64,000 nucleotides of DNA from Clostridia bacterium. GTDB taxonomy: Bacteria > Bacillota > Clostridia > UMGS1883. The first letter of the stretch is position 1; every line of letters begins with the position of its first letter. The stretch lies in contig JAZQAO010000054.1 of assembly GCA_045545295.1 (NCBI GenBank), forward strand, positions 20,826 through 84,825, read 5' to 3'. Below, one piece after another: positions 1 through 10,150 of this stretch. The position numbers were made by a program, and so were the translations under genes. Under the pieces are notes generated by a model that did no database searches, was not told the DNA's origin, and saw nothing but the letters and a program-made list of their open reading frames with translations.

Positions 1-511
1 GAAGATCCCTCTGTCTGTAGCAGGCATACTGCACTCTTCCCTGATTAAGTCCATTTTCTTCGTCCATTTCAATAGCCATCATTTCAGGAGTATTAAAGAG
101 GTCGCAAACCTCAAAAATCAGGTCACGGACAACTTCATAATATTTCGGCGTTGACACCATACGGGAATAAATCCCGAGCCATACATCGTGACCTGCCGAG
201 AAGTTAAGGCGCGGATAAGCCTTAAGTCCTTTGGAATAAATATACGAAAGTTCTTCTTTAAGTTCATCCGTTGTCCATGCACCTTCAATTGCAATTTCGG
301 GATGAGATTCATAGCGGATGCCATTTGCAAGGTTTATGTAAAGGCTGTCGATTCCGTTTTCCGCTGCCATATCAACAACCTCTCTCCACGCTTTTTTCTC
401 TGTCAGAAGTTTTGTGTTAAAAAGCTCACCCGTACACCACGCCTCTGTATCAGAATCATTCCAACAGTTACCTGCAAGATATAAAATAAGACACCAGTTG
501 TCATTTATCAT
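1..511 (-). CDS. TIM-barrel-like putative carbohydrate-active hydrolase, paralog 1 of 5 (5' end in window, C-terminus cut by window edge)
   Basis: Manual translation of the minus strand from ATG at 511-509 gives MINDNWCLILYLAGNCWNDS...EENGLNQGRVQYACYRQRDL, co-linear with the paralogs at 513..1469 and 1470..2429; GGAGG RBS at 521-525. Confidence 0.7.
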   Translation of the reverse strand, partial: MINDNWCLILYLAGNCWNDSDTEAWCTGELFNTKLLTEKKAWREVVDMAAENGIDSLYINLANGIRYESHPEIAIEGAWTTDELKEELSYIYSKGLKAYPRLNFSAGHDVWLGIYSRMVSTPKYYEVVRDLIFEVCDLFNTPEMMAIEMDEENGLNQGRVQYACYRQRDL

Positions 512-512
512 A

Positions 513-1469
513 TTATTTTCCTCCGTTCATTTTATCAATAGAATACCTTGCCTGATTGATTGCATCAAGATTGTAGTTCACGGTTTCAGGCACAGGAGAT
601 TCCCAGCTGCCGCACATCTGAAGTCCGAGGATTTTACTTTCGTCAAGAGTTTCCTTTGCAAGCTTTATTAACTGCTCAAAATTAAAGCTGTTTATTCCTG
701 CACCGCAGAGGAATATATCATAACCCGCCTCTGTAAGTGCTTTAAAGCTTTTAAGCCTGTTATCGCTCCAGTAATCAGCAGGTCTGGGGTGTGCATCGTC
801 AAAAAAGAGTGTGTCATAATACCAGTTGGTAAGTGCAACATCCCTGGGTACATTTTGAAGAAATTCCTCGGGATGTGACCAGTAGTAATCGGCACACATA
901 CTGGGTCTTACTCCCTTTTCACGGATGCAGTCACAAAGATAGTTTACATCGTGCCAGATTAATTCACCCTGACGGTAGCATACATACTGCAATCTTCCCT
1001 GATTAAGTCCGTTTTCCTCGTCATATTCAAGACTGAAAAACTCGGGAGTGTCAAAAATTTCAATAATTTCGTGAATTAAATCCTTTGCAACCTTGTAATA
1101 CGTCTCGGTTGAAACCATTCTTGAATATTCACCGAGCCACGCATCATGTGCCGCAGAAAAATTAAGCATTGGGTACGGTGTAAGACCGATGCTTTTTAAA
1201 TAGTCAAGCTCACTTTTAAGAAAGGCAACCTCCCACGCGTTTTTTACTGCTATTTCAGGATGGGATTTATACTTTATACCGTTTGAAAGGTTTATAAATA
1301 TACTGTCACATCCGTTTTTTGCCGCGTGATCTACTGTTTTACGCCAACAGTCATAATCAAGACGCATCTCACGTCTAAATACGTTACCGTTACACCAGGG
1401 AACATCTACAGAGTCGTTCCAGCAATTCTCGGCAATCCATATCATCATAGAAAGTCTGTTAAGGCTCAT
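513..1469 (-). CDS. TIM-barrel-like putative carbohydrate-active hydrolase, paralog 2 (family not assignable from sequence alone)
   Basis: 318-aa ORF with shared motifs NCWNDS, YKSHPEIAV, NFSAAHDAWLGEYSRMVST, DEENGLNQGRL, DVNYLCDCIREKGVRP; start codon 1 nt from upstream stop. Confidence 0.8.
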   Translation of the reverse strand: MSLNRLSMMIWIAENCWNDSVDVPWCNGNVFRREMRLDYDCWRKTVDHAAKNGCDSIFINLSNGIKYKSHPEIAVKNAWEVAFLKSELDYLKSIGLTPYPMLNFSAAHDAWLGEYSRMVSTETYYKVAKDLIHEIIEIFDTPEFFSLEYDEENGLNQGRLQYVCYRQGELIWHDVNYLCDCIREKGVRPSMCADYYWSHPEEFLQNVPRDVALTNWYYDTLFFDDAHPRPADYWSDNRLKSFKALTEAGYDIFLCGAGINSFNFEQLIKLAKETLDESKILGLQMCGSWESPVPETVNYNLDAINQARYSIDKMNGGK

Positions 1470-2429
1470 TTAATTACCTTCTTTCATTTTCTCCCACGAA
1501 TATTTCCACTGATATATAGCATCAAGGTAATAGTGCTTGTTTTCCTCCATAGGTGCTTCCCAGCTGCCGCACATCAAAACACCGTTTATCTTGTTTTCAT
1601 CAAGCTTTTCACGGGCAAAACGGATTGTCTGCTCCGCATTATAGTTATTCTCATTTGCAGAAGGCTGAAGCATAATGTCAAAGCCTGCATTTGTAAGTGC
1701 CTCAAATGCACCGAGGCGGTTAAGCGACCAGGGATGTGTAGGCTTCGGATGTGCTTCATCAAAATAAAGAAGTCCGTAATGCCACGGGCATACAAGCACA
1801 TCTTTAGGTACATTTGCGATAAATTCTTCGGGATAAGACCAATAGTAGTCAGCACCTATACAGGGGCGTACTCCCTTTTCGCGGACACAGTCGCAAAGGT
1901 AATTAACATCGTGCCAGATAAGGTCAAACTGACGGTAGCAAGCATAGCGGAGCCTGCCCTGATTAAGTCCGTTTTCTTCATCAAGAACAAGTGACATAAT
2001 TTCGGGAGTATCAAAGATATCGCAAACCTCGTGAATCAGTTCTTTTGCAACCTCGTAATATTTTTTGGTTGAAACCATTCTTGAATATTCACAAAGCCAC
2101 ACATCGTGACCGGCACTGAAGTTAAGACGGGGGTAAAATTTAAGCCCTTTTTCCTTGTAACGCCTTACTTCTTCTTGCATAAATTCGGGAGTCCAAGCAC
2201 CCTCTACTGCAATTTCGGGATGTGATTTATACTTAATTCCGTTTGCAAGGTCAATAATTACGCTGTCAAAGCCACACTGGAGTGCTTTGTCGCATATTTC
2301 GCGGAATACATTTATATCTGCACGAAGCACAGGCTGATACAAATTACCATTGCACCACGGAATTTCTGCAGAATCATTCCAGCAGTTATCTGCAAGACAT
2401 ATAAGTAAACAAGTTCTGTCTGTAATCAT
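1470..2429 (-). CDS. TIM-barrel-like putative carbohydrate-active hydrolase, paralog 3
   Basis: 319-aa ORF, same motif set as neighbours; AGGAGA RBS; stop of the upstream GH105-like gene 3 nt upstream. Confidence 0.8.
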   Translation of the reverse strand: MITDRTCLLICLADNCWNDSAEIPWCNGNLYQPVLRADINVFREICDKALQCGFDSVIIDLANGIKYKSHPEIAVEGAWTPEFMQEEVRRYKEKGLKFYPRLNFSAGHDVWLCEYSRMVSTKKYYEVAKELIHEVCDIFDTPEIMSLVLDEENGLNQGRLRYACYRQFDLIWHDVNYLCDCVREKGVRPCIGADYYWSYPEEFIANVPKDVLVCPWHYGLLYFDEAHPKPTHPWSLNRLGAFEALTNAGFDIMLQPSANENNYNAEQTIRFAREKLDENKINGVLMCGSWEAPMEENKHYYLDAIYQWKYSWEKMKEGN

Positions 2430-2431
2430 TT

Positions 2432-4519
2432 TTATTCTCCTAACATATTCATAACGGCCACACCTGCGCCAAGAACGATACCTACGCCGTGGTCGTCATT
2501 TTTGATTGTACCAAGGTTAAGGTAGTATTTTTCTTCTTTATTACAACCTGAGCCCTGACATACTCCGTAAACGTTACCGTCACTGTCAATGCATTTTTCG
2601 CAAAGGGCATTCCACGCCTCAACAACAGTGTCTTTGATATTTTCATCAAGCCAACCGAATTTTACGCCGCGTGCTAGAGCAGTAATAAACATTGCACTGC
2701 CACTTGTTTCAACGTAGCTGTCGTGATTGTTTATAACCTGATGCCATATTCCCTGACGCTTGTCACGGCAACTAAGAACACCACCTGCAAAATTACGGAA
2801 AATCTCAAGAACTCTTTCTCTGTCCTTATGGTCTTTTGGCATAAGCATAAGAAGCTCACTCATAGCAAGGAGCACCCAGCCATTACCTCTGCCCCACGGA
2901 ACACGGTTTGCAAACTCTTCCGGGGGGAAGTAAATATGTGAGTATATGTTCTGGTCGTGCATATACATTCTTTCATAGAAGCCGAAAATCTGCCTTGCAG
3001 CTTCGTCAAAATACTTTTCTTCACTGAATATTGCACCAAGTCGTGCAAGGAACGGAAGACACATATACATATCGTCTGTCCACATTGTCTTTCCGCGGTG
3101 AAATGTACCATCCGGGAATCTTGGGACATTAGTCATCATTTTGTCAGCCATCATTTCAATAAGACGCTTTGCGTTGTTATCCCCTGTGATAAGGTAGTAT
3201 TCGCAAAGAGTTATACCGAATGTACCGATAGAGTCAAGATTATTGAAGTTGGCAGATGCAGAAAGATATGAAGAATATCCCGACACTCTGTCATCGTGCT
3301 TTGCATAGTCGCGGTGCTTTGCAATTGTCTCACCAAAGGAGATATAGTAATCGTAAAATTCTTTTATATCAAGCTTTGCGGCAGTCTGTCGCATACCCTC
3401 TACGCCGACCATAATTGCATAGAACCACTGTCCCCAGAAGCTTGTTTCAACGTTCTGGCGAAGATATGTACCTTTGCGGTAGAAATTCCAGTAACAGGTT
3501 TTTCCGCAGGCTGAAGGCATAGGCTCTGCAAAGTCAAGCTTCATTTCGGGCACATAAGGGTAGCTCGGGGGATCTGTTTCTCTACCGAAAGGTCCTGACC
3601 ATATCCACTGAAGGTCGGGGCAGGTATCCCCTGTTACAAACGAAAGCTGTGTTTCACCGTCAACAGTTGCGGTAAATCCCCATTCTTCCCCTTTTGCACT
3701 CTTTATAAGAAGAGGTGTGAAATCTTTAAATTCAGCCTCATACTTTCCTTTCTCTTCCGATATGTAAAGGGTTTTTCCTTCACTTATTATCTTAATAGGT
3801 GACTTATGCTCAATAACAATCTTACCCTTACATTCTGTATATACGTAAGCGGCTTTTCCCTCATTTTCACAAAGAGAGGTAAAGTCAAATTCTTTTACAT
3901 TTGACTGCTCCGGTTTTACGGGGAAAACCCAGTCAATATTTTCAAAAGTAGGCTCAAATACCTCGTCTTTTTTATAAAGGCGTGAATGTCTTATTACTGC
4001 CTGTCCTTCAAAGCCGTCATTATCAATGTACTGTCTTGTACAGTAAACGTAACTACCTGCACCCATACGAAGTCCGGGAATAAGTATGCGAAGATACCCC
4101 TCAAATCCTTCTTCATCTGCAACAAGCTTTACTACAATACGGTTTTTACCTTTTTTGAAAAGGATATCCGCATCAACTGCAGGAATATTTCTGAAATTCC
4201 CCTCATGTGTAGGAATTTTTTCACCGTTAAAGTAAACCTCTGCATTTTTATTTTTAGCTACATTTATAATAAGCTCTCTGTCATAAGGACCGTCTGCATC
4301 AACACTGATAAAAGCGTAATCACCAACTTCGTAAGAGGGAAAAATTTCGCTAAAATCCGGTCCTGCCTTATGAATGATATCCATTTCCTTGTAATAAGGG
4401 AACGGACGGTAACAAACCTTACTCTTCCCTCTTATTTCAAACATATGGTCGTAGATTTTTCTTAAAATTTCCGCATTTGTAGATGCAACAGTTCTGATAG
4501 ATTTTTCGCAGTATTTCAT
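2432..4519 (-). CDS. GH105/GH88-family unsaturated rhamnogalacturonyl/glucuronyl hydrolase with ~330-aa N-terminal extra domain
   Basis: C-terminal (alpha/alpha)6-type region with WTDDMYM catalytic-Asp motif typical of YteR/UGL enzymes; GGAGG RBS before ATG 4519. Confidence 0.75.
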   Translation of the reverse strand: MKYCEKSIRTVASTNAEILRKIYDHMFEIRGKSKVCYRPFPYYKEMDIIHKAGPDFSEIFPSYEVGDYAFISVDADGPYDRELIINVAKNKNAEVYFNGEKIPTHEGNFRNIPAVDADILFKKGKNRIVVKLVADEEGFEGYLRILIPGLRMGAGSYVYCTRQYIDNDGFEGQAVIRHSRLYKKDEVFEPTFENIDWVFPVKPEQSNVKEFDFTSLCENEGKAAYVYTECKGKIVIEHKSPIKIISEGKTLYISEEKGKYEAEFKDFTPLLIKSAKGEEWGFTATVDGETQLSFVTGDTCPDLQWIWSGPFGRETDPPSYPYVPEMKLDFAEPMPSACGKTCYWNFYRKGTYLRQNVETSFWGQWFYAIMVGVEGMRQTAAKLDIKEFYDYYISFGETIAKHRDYAKHDDRVSGYSSYLSASANFNNLDSIGTFGITLCEYYLITGDNNAKRLIEMMADKMMTNVPRFPDGTFHRGKTMWTDDMYMCLPFLARLGAIFSEEKYFDEAARQIFGFYERMYMHDQNIYSHIYFPPEEFANRVPWGRGNGWVLLAMSELLMLMPKDHKDRERVLEIFRNFAGGVLSCRDKRQGIWHQVINNHDSYVETSGSAMFITALARGVKFGWLDENIKDTVVEAWNALCEKCIDSDGNVYGVCQGSGCNKEEKYYLNLGTIKNDDHGVGIVLGAGVAVMNMLGE

Positions 4520-4544
4520 AAACTATTCCTCCAAATTAATTACT

Positions 4545-4728
4545 AAAAAAGAAGCGTGCCGCTTCACCCATGTCGCGTCCCAACAACATTCAATTTTCCA
4601 ATTGTTGCTCGCGATTGAATTACGCAAATTCCTATACGGTAAAAAAGAAGCGTGCCGCTTCACCCACGTCGCGCACGTACAAAGTGCAAACACAGTTTCA
4701 CGCGTACTAATTTACGCAAATTCCTATA
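4545..4728 (+). repeat. Two tandem copies of a ~93-bp modular interspersed repeat (left module AAAAAAGAAGCGTGCCGCTTCACCCAYGTCGCR, variable core, right module TTACGCAAATTCCTATACGGT)
   Basis: Direct sequence comparison with 7 other loci in this window; core subtypes A and B. Confidence 0.85.
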
Positions 4729-4837
4729 AAATAAAAACAGAAAACGGAAAACAGAATGAAAAGGTAGCTAAATGCTCTTAAAACCGATGTTTTGTTTTTG
4801 CGATTTTGTACCTCCAAATTCCGTTTTCCGTTTATTT

Positions 4838-7800
4838 TCAATTAATAAGTTCTGCCGTAACAGAAGCTATTTTCACATCTGTAAAACCGCTGATTGTAAA
4901 ATCAGTCTTTAAGCGTTCCATATTGTCAAGGCACGCCCCCGTAAGATTAAGGGTAACTGTTTTAAGCTCACCTGTTCCCGTACGGGTTATTTTTTCAGTA
5001 TTCTTAACAAGGCGGTTTCTTGTTTCACCTATTTCAAAGGTGTAATAGGTGAAGTTGAAATCAGTTGTTCCCTCGTCAAGATAAGTAATTGTAACCTTTA
5101 CATTTCCCTCGGTCTGATATGCGACTTCATTCTTGACATTTACACGCATAACGTTTCCTTTGGGAAGCTTATAAAGAGCCTGTCCATTATGAGTAATTAC
5201 TTCAACTTCACTGTCGCAGTCCGCATAGCTGAAGCTGTCGCAGCTACCTGAAAGGTCATACCAACCGCCGTCGGGAGCATTTGCAATAATGTCCGAAACA
5301 TCTGCCCAGCCGATTCTTATAATCTTACCTGTTTCGTCATAGTGACCAAACCACACCTTTGTACCGTCAAGATTAAATGCAGGATGGCAGTGTCCCGGAT
5401 TAATACCTGTCTGCTTTACTCTTGCAACAACATGGCTTACACCTGTGTAACAGTCAATAAGCACTATATCTGAATATTCACCGTTACTGTAACCCGTATC
5501 CGCTACTGCCCAGCGGTTACTTACGGGACTTGTTGCAACGTGGTTATATGCATAGTCACTGTTTATGTAATTACGTTCTGTCCCGTCATATTTAATGGAA
5601 ACAATACCTGGATAGCCGATTGCGGAGCTACCCGAAGATTTATGGAACACTATATGCTCACCGTCGTGTGTCCACATCTCATGGCAAGCAATTTCACCTG
5701 CAGATTTCGCAGAATAAAATCTTGGAACAAATACATTATAGTATTCGTCAGTATCTGTATTAAGCACCCACAATCTGTCATTTACGGAAGTACCTTCGTG
5801 ACAGAAAAGAAGAAGATTCGGCTTTACGGGGTTAATTGAAACATGGTTTGGATCATACCACTCTGTATCGAATACGTAGCTATGAGTAAGATCCCACTCC
5901 CCTGTTTCAATATCAAGTATGGGGAATCTTGAGCCTTCGGCAAGCTTCTTGTCCGACCACTCAACAGAAAGCTTTTCCTCCGTATCCATTACCTGAAGCA
6001 TACCTGCAGCATCTGCATATTCTTCCGGGATGACACCGACTACCTTTTTCTCATAAGTGTCAATATCCATTCTTATTATTTCACTGTCGCGGTTAATATA
6101 GAAAAGTCCGTTAAGTGGCGTTGTCACTATATTATGCTCTCTCTCACAATGGTCGATATACTTTACACTGCTTGTTGTTAAATTGTATTCATAAATCCTG
6201 AAATCGTCGTCACGGACAAAGAATTTATTTCCGTCCGCTGACCATCCCTGCATTGTAAAGTAGCTTCTTATCATATTTTTGCCGTTGAAATCTACCCAGT
6301 TATAGGATCTTCCCGAAACAGGGCAAGTCATTTCCCCTGATATTACTTCACGGTTAAGCTCATTCTTAAAGTAAAGCTGTTCTTGGTATGGATATGCAAT
6401 ATTCTTATCAAGTAAAAATACTTTAACAACCGAGTTTTCAGGATTTTCAGAAAGCTTGAAATCTTCAAATATAAGCTCTTCTGCGGTTGAGCTGTCTGTA
6501 TCAAGGTCAATGGACTTAAGACTGATATTTGTCAGTTCAGAATTCTGATATTCACATACTGCAACGCTGACTTTTTTAGCTTCCTCTGTCTGATTGTAAA
6601 GGCGGACATTCACATCAATAGTTCCGTCAAGTACCTCTTCAATAGCACCGACAGTCCTGCCGTCTGATGAGAATGTACTGTTTGAAACAACATCACCTGC
6701 CACTGTATATGCGGCAAAGTTATCAAAAGAAAGCTGACCTGACTGTGTTCTGAAGTTTGTGAAACGAATATCCTCAACGTTATAAAGTGCCTGGTCTTTT
6801 CTTGTAGTACATTCATAAAGGCCTATTGGAGTTTCGTTAATCTTCACACCATTAATAAAGTAGTCTGCCGTCTGGGTTGCTGTATTAATCTCAATTCTGA
6901 GAGTGAACCATTCATCAAGTATAGGTGCAGTTTCCATAAGATAAACGCTTCTTACTGTACCGGCATTGTCCTGACGTCTTGTGAACATAAATTCACGGTA
7001 ACCCTCGTAATAAAAACAGCAGTCAACTATCTGTGCCCTTTCTTTTGTGCCGTCAGGCAGAAGATAGTTTCCGTACATATGGAAGAAGTAATACTGTGGC
7101 GTATCAGAGTGATTAAATTTCAGGTCCGTTTCGAAAGCCACTTTGTACTGTGACGTTGTGGGGAATTTGTACTGAACAAATTTCTGTGACCCGCTTGTCC
7201 CTTCACGCCATGTATGCATAAAGTAGTTTTTGTTTTTATCAACTTCCAACGCTGTTTTGTAGGGGGCGTCACTGTACGTTGTTATTCCCATTTCAGATTC
7301 TGTAATCTGATGTATTCCCTTCCCTATGCTTTCGGGATAGTAAAATGAATCGGAATAATATACCGCTTTACCTTTAGAAAGAACTCTGTACTCAAGTTCT
7401 TTGTCTATAAGAATATTTTTTCCGTTTTGCATAATTGATGCGGTAATTTTAACAGTGGTATCTTCAAGGGGACGCTTTACAATACCCACTCCTTTTTCAC
7501 TGTTTACATCAATAACGGAAGGATTACTGCTTTCAAATGTGATTTCTACATCTGAAAAATCAATGCCGGAAAGCTTTGTGTAATCAAGGTCAAGATTTTT
7601 TGTTATGTGTTTTACAGACTCTGCCGTAAATACTTCCGGGGTAATAAGCTTTGCAATGTTTGATATTTTACTGTATTCATCACTACAAAGAACAGTGTAG
7701 CTTAACTCCTTTGTAACAGACGCACCGTTCTTTGAAATAGTTGCAGTAACAGTTACTGGCGTATCGTACTTCCCTCTTGTAACTGTGCCGTCACCGGAAA

Positions 7801-10135
7801 GAACATCTGTGTCACTTGAAGAGTAAGTCACTGTAATATCATTTTCACTGATGTAGTCAGCCCATTTGTGATTTTCAAAATCAAGGTCTGCGGTAACTGC
7901 ATCTTTATCCTCTGATGTAAAATCGGTTTCCTTAAGGTTGTTATAAAGATAGAAAATTTCGGGATTTTCGTTATACCATTTTGGGTTATCCGTAATACTT
8001 ACATCGTCTATAAAGAGGTTACCTTTTCCGTACTGACGGAATGTATTGAATTCAAAATCGTTGTAGCCTACAAATTCAGTTCTGTCAACAGATGGATTAA
8101 GAGCATCGTAAAAAGGAATAGGCTCACTGTTAACCTTTACATCATTTATAAATAGGTCAAGAGTCAATGAGTCTTCGTAGTATCTCCACTCAAAGTCTGC
8201 CCATTCTCCCACTTCCGGCAAATAATCCTTTGAAAAATATATTGTTTGACTTTTTTCACCGTTATGTACAGGCATATAAATGTTGTATGCACCGTTGGAT
8301 TCATATCGGAAGTTTGTTTCATTCAACCATACACGTTTGTTTTCACCGTTCACCTTAAATATGCCGTATGTTCTGAATACGTAAATCTGCGGTGCGTCAG
8401 TATGCTCAAACTTCATACGCATACGGTGAATAATATCACCCTTGGGCTTTTCACCTAGAATGTAGTAGGTACTGTTACCCTCTTCCATTCCCACTGGACG
8501 GTATGAATGAAGCAGATACTTCTCATCCTCTACATCAATATAGCTTTTAAATCTCTGTCCTGAGGTTGTATCCTCGGAAAGCTGTGTTGCATATCTTGAA
8601 GACCAGCCGTAAGTGCCTGCAATTGGAGGAGTGGCATTTGTTTCAGAACGTTTTATTCCCGGAACATCGTAAAGTATCATCCCTTTTCCTTCGGGATAAT
8701 AGAAGTTTTCAGACATATGTACCTTTGTGGTTTGTCTGAGCACAGTGAAATAAAGCTTATTAGTCCACGTCTTTCCGCCCCCGCTTACGGTTGCCGTTAT
8801 TTCTACGTTTGTATCACGGTAAAGGTCACGTGTAACGTAGCCTGTATTTTCACTTATAACAATAGCATCGTTATTACTTGTAAATGATACGGAATAACCA
8901 TCGGGAAGAAAATTTTCCGGATTAAGGTCAAGGTTTTCTGTTATAACGTCCCTTGGCTCATTTGTAAGCATTTCTTCCGTTACGTTAAAACGGTCTGTGT
9001 TATTTTCTTTTGTACTTGTTACAATTAAATCATCTATATACACTTTTCCGCCTGTAAATGTACGGAAAACGTTAAAGTCAATGTCATTTATATCTACAAA
9101 ATTTGTGCGGTTTGCATCCTCTTTATCTCTTTCGTAGAATGGTATACTTTCTTCTGTTACTTTTGTGCCGTTTATATACATATCCCATTCTTGGGCATCT
9201 GTATCAAAGAGCCATTCAAGCTCTGTTTCTTCCCCAACTTTGGACATATCTTCTTTTTTAATGTATGCAGACTTAACTTCACTACCGCTGTAATAGGACA
9301 TATAGGTTGAGGCAGCACCGTTTTGGTCATATTTATAGTTTATTTCAAAAATGCGTGCTCTTTCATAGCTACCGTCTACATAATAATTACCGAAAGCACG
9401 GAATACGTAAATCTGTGTGCCCGGCTCGTGGTCAAATGTGACATCAGCCTTGACGGACACTTTGCCCGATGGCTTGTCACCGAATACATAATGTAAAAAG
9501 TTATAGTCGCTGTCTACGGCAACATCACGGTATGCGTTAAGGAAATAATCACCGTTTACTTCGTCTGTAATTGCTTTAAATCTGTTTGCCGCTACGCTGT
9601 CACCCTCAAGCTCTGTTGCAAAGGCAAATGCCCATCCCTCCTCTGTTTCTCTTGTGGGAGATGGCATTGTTTTACTTACTGTAAGAGAGTCTTCCTCTGT
9701 AAAAAGGTTTCCTTTATTATTTGGATAATAGAAGTTTTCTGACAAATGAACTTTTGTAGTCTGTTTAAGAACTGTAAAATTAAGCTCCTTTTTTACACTT
9801 TCACTGCCGTGTGTTACAGTAGCTGTAAGTGTAACGGGAGTATCATGGTAGAGGTTGCGCACAACGTGCGCAACCTCACCGTCAATTGCTATGGCATTTG
9901 AGTTACTTTCAAAGCTTACACTGACACCTTCGGGAAGAATATCGCTTAAATCAAGGTCAAGATTTTTTGTAATAGCACCTGTAACCTCGTTTGTAAGCAT
10001 TTCTTCTGTAAGTGCATCGGCAAAAGAAGCCGCACTCACACTTGCCGCCATAGTTTTAAAACTAAAAGCACCAAACATAAGTGTAACTATGCATATAATT
10101 GCCGTTATTCTTTTAGAAAGCTTTGATTGTAACAT
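4838..10135 (-). CDS. Giant secreted surface protein: signal peptide, repeated Ig-like ~90-aa modules, PL22 oligogalacturonate-lyase-like beta-propeller domain, C-terminal shared module
   Basis: Signal peptide MLQSKLSKRITAIICIVTLMFGAFSF. Repeated LTNE..TENLDL..VSF.SNNDAI...TATV modules. FCHEGTSVNDRLWVLN, CHEMW, NPGHCHPAF motifs matching the Ogl/PL22 metal site. ATG at 10135 preferred over in-RBS GTG at 10144 (GAGGTGA-5nt-ATG). Confidence 0.85.
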   Translation of the reverse strand: MLQSKLSKRITAIICIVTLMFGAFSFKTMAASVSAASFADALTEEMLTNEVTGAITKNLDLDLSDILPEGVSVSFESNSNAIAIDGEVAHVVRNLYHDTPVTLTATVTHGSESVKKELNFTVLKQTTKVHLSENFYYPNNKGNLFTEEDSLTVSKTMPSPTRETEEGWAFAFATELEGDSVAANRFKAITDEVNGDYFLNAYRDVAVDSDYNFLHYVFGDKPSGKVSVKADVTFDHEPGTQIYVFRAFGNYYVDGSYERARIFEINYKYDQNGAASTYMSYYSGSEVKSAYIKKEDMSKVGEETELEWLFDTDAQEWDMYINGTKVTEESIPFYERDKEDANRTNFVDINDIDFNVFRTFTGGKVYIDDLIVTSTKENNTDRFNVTEEMLTNEPRDVITENLDLNPENFLPDGYSVSFTSNNDAIVISENTGYVTRDLYRDTNVEITATVSGGGKTWTNKLYFTVLRQTTKVHMSENFYYPEGKGMILYDVPGIKRSETNATPPIAGTYGWSSRYATQLSEDTTSGQRFKSYIDVEDEKYLLHSYRPVGMEEGNSTYYILGEKPKGDIIHRMRMKFEHTDAPQIYVFRTYGIFKVNGENKRVWLNETNFRYESNGAYNIYMPVHNGEKSQTIYFSKDYLPEVGEWADFEWRYYEDSLTLDLFINDVKVNSEPIPFYDALNPSVDRTEFVGYNDFEFNTFRQYGKGNLFIDDVSITDNPKWYNENPEIFYLYNNLKETDFTSEDKDAVTADLDFENHKWADYISENDITVTYSSSDTDVLSGDGTVTRGKYDTPVTVTATISKNGASVTKELSYTVLCSDEYSKISNIAKLITPEVFTAESVKHITKNLDLDYTKLSGIDFSDVEITFESSNPSVIDVNSEKGVGIVKRPLEDTTVKITASIMQNGKNILIDKELEYRVLSKGKAVYYSDSFYYPESIGKGIHQITESEMGITTYSDAPYKTALEVDKNKNYFMHTWREGTSGSQKFVQYKFPTTSQYKVAFETDLKFNHSDTPQYYFFHMYGNYLLPDGTKERAQIVDCCFYYEGYREFMFTRRQDNAGTVRSVYLMETAPILDEWFTLRIEINTATQTADYFINGVKINETPIGLYECTTRKDQALYNVEDIRFTNFRTQSGQLSFDNFAAYTVAGDVVSNSTFSSDGRTVGAIEEVLDGTIDVNVRLYNQTEEAKKVSVAVCEYQNSELTNISLKSIDLDTDSSTAEELIFEDFKLSENPENSVVKVFLLDKNIAYPYQEQLYFKNELNREVISGEMTCPVSGRSYNWVDFNGKNMIRSYFTMQGWSADGNKFFVRDDDFRIYEYNLTTSSVKYIDHCEREHNIVTTPLNGLFYINRDSEIIRMDIDTYEKKVVGVIPEEYADAAGMLQVMDTEEKLSVEWSDKKLAEGSRFPILDIETGEWDLTHSYVFDTEWYDPNHVSINPVKPNLLLFCHEGTSVNDRLWVLNTDTDEYYNVFVPRFYSAKSAGEIACHEMWTHDGEHIVFHKSSGSSAIGYPGIVSIKYDGTERNYINSDYAYNHVATSPVSNRWAVADTGYSNGEYSDIVLIDCYTGVSHVVARVKQTGINPGHCHPAFNLDGTKVWFGHYDETGKIIRIGWADVSDIIANAPDGGWYDLSGSCDSFSYADCDSEVEVITHNGQALYKLPKGNVMRVNVKNEVAYQTEGNVKVTITYLDEGTTDFNFTYYTFEIGETRNRLVKNTEKITRTGTGELKTVTLNLTGACLDNMERLKTDFTISGFTDVKIASVTAELIN

Positions 10136-10150
10136 CCGTGTCACCTCGAA

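Noticed and set aside
118-484. Small ORFs 118..330 (-), 188..484 (+), 414..671 (+) and many similar 60-150-aa ORFs listed inside or antisense to large genes throughout the window
   Set aside because: They overlap confidently assigned genes in other frames, lack RBS, and have no family resemblance; treated as spurious
4545-4728. Considered whether the repeated GAAGCGTGCCGCTTCACCC-containing units are a CRISPR array
   Set aside because: Units are ~93 bp with two conserved flanks and related (not unique) variable cores. Copies are dispersed singly or in pairs at 8 loci in both orientations, and no cas genes are present. This is an interspersed REP/sRNA-like family, not CRISPR
10136-10144. GTG start at 10144 for the giant surface protein
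   Set aside because: That GTG is part of the GAGGTGA Shine-Dalgarno; ATG at 10135 is correctly spaced downstream
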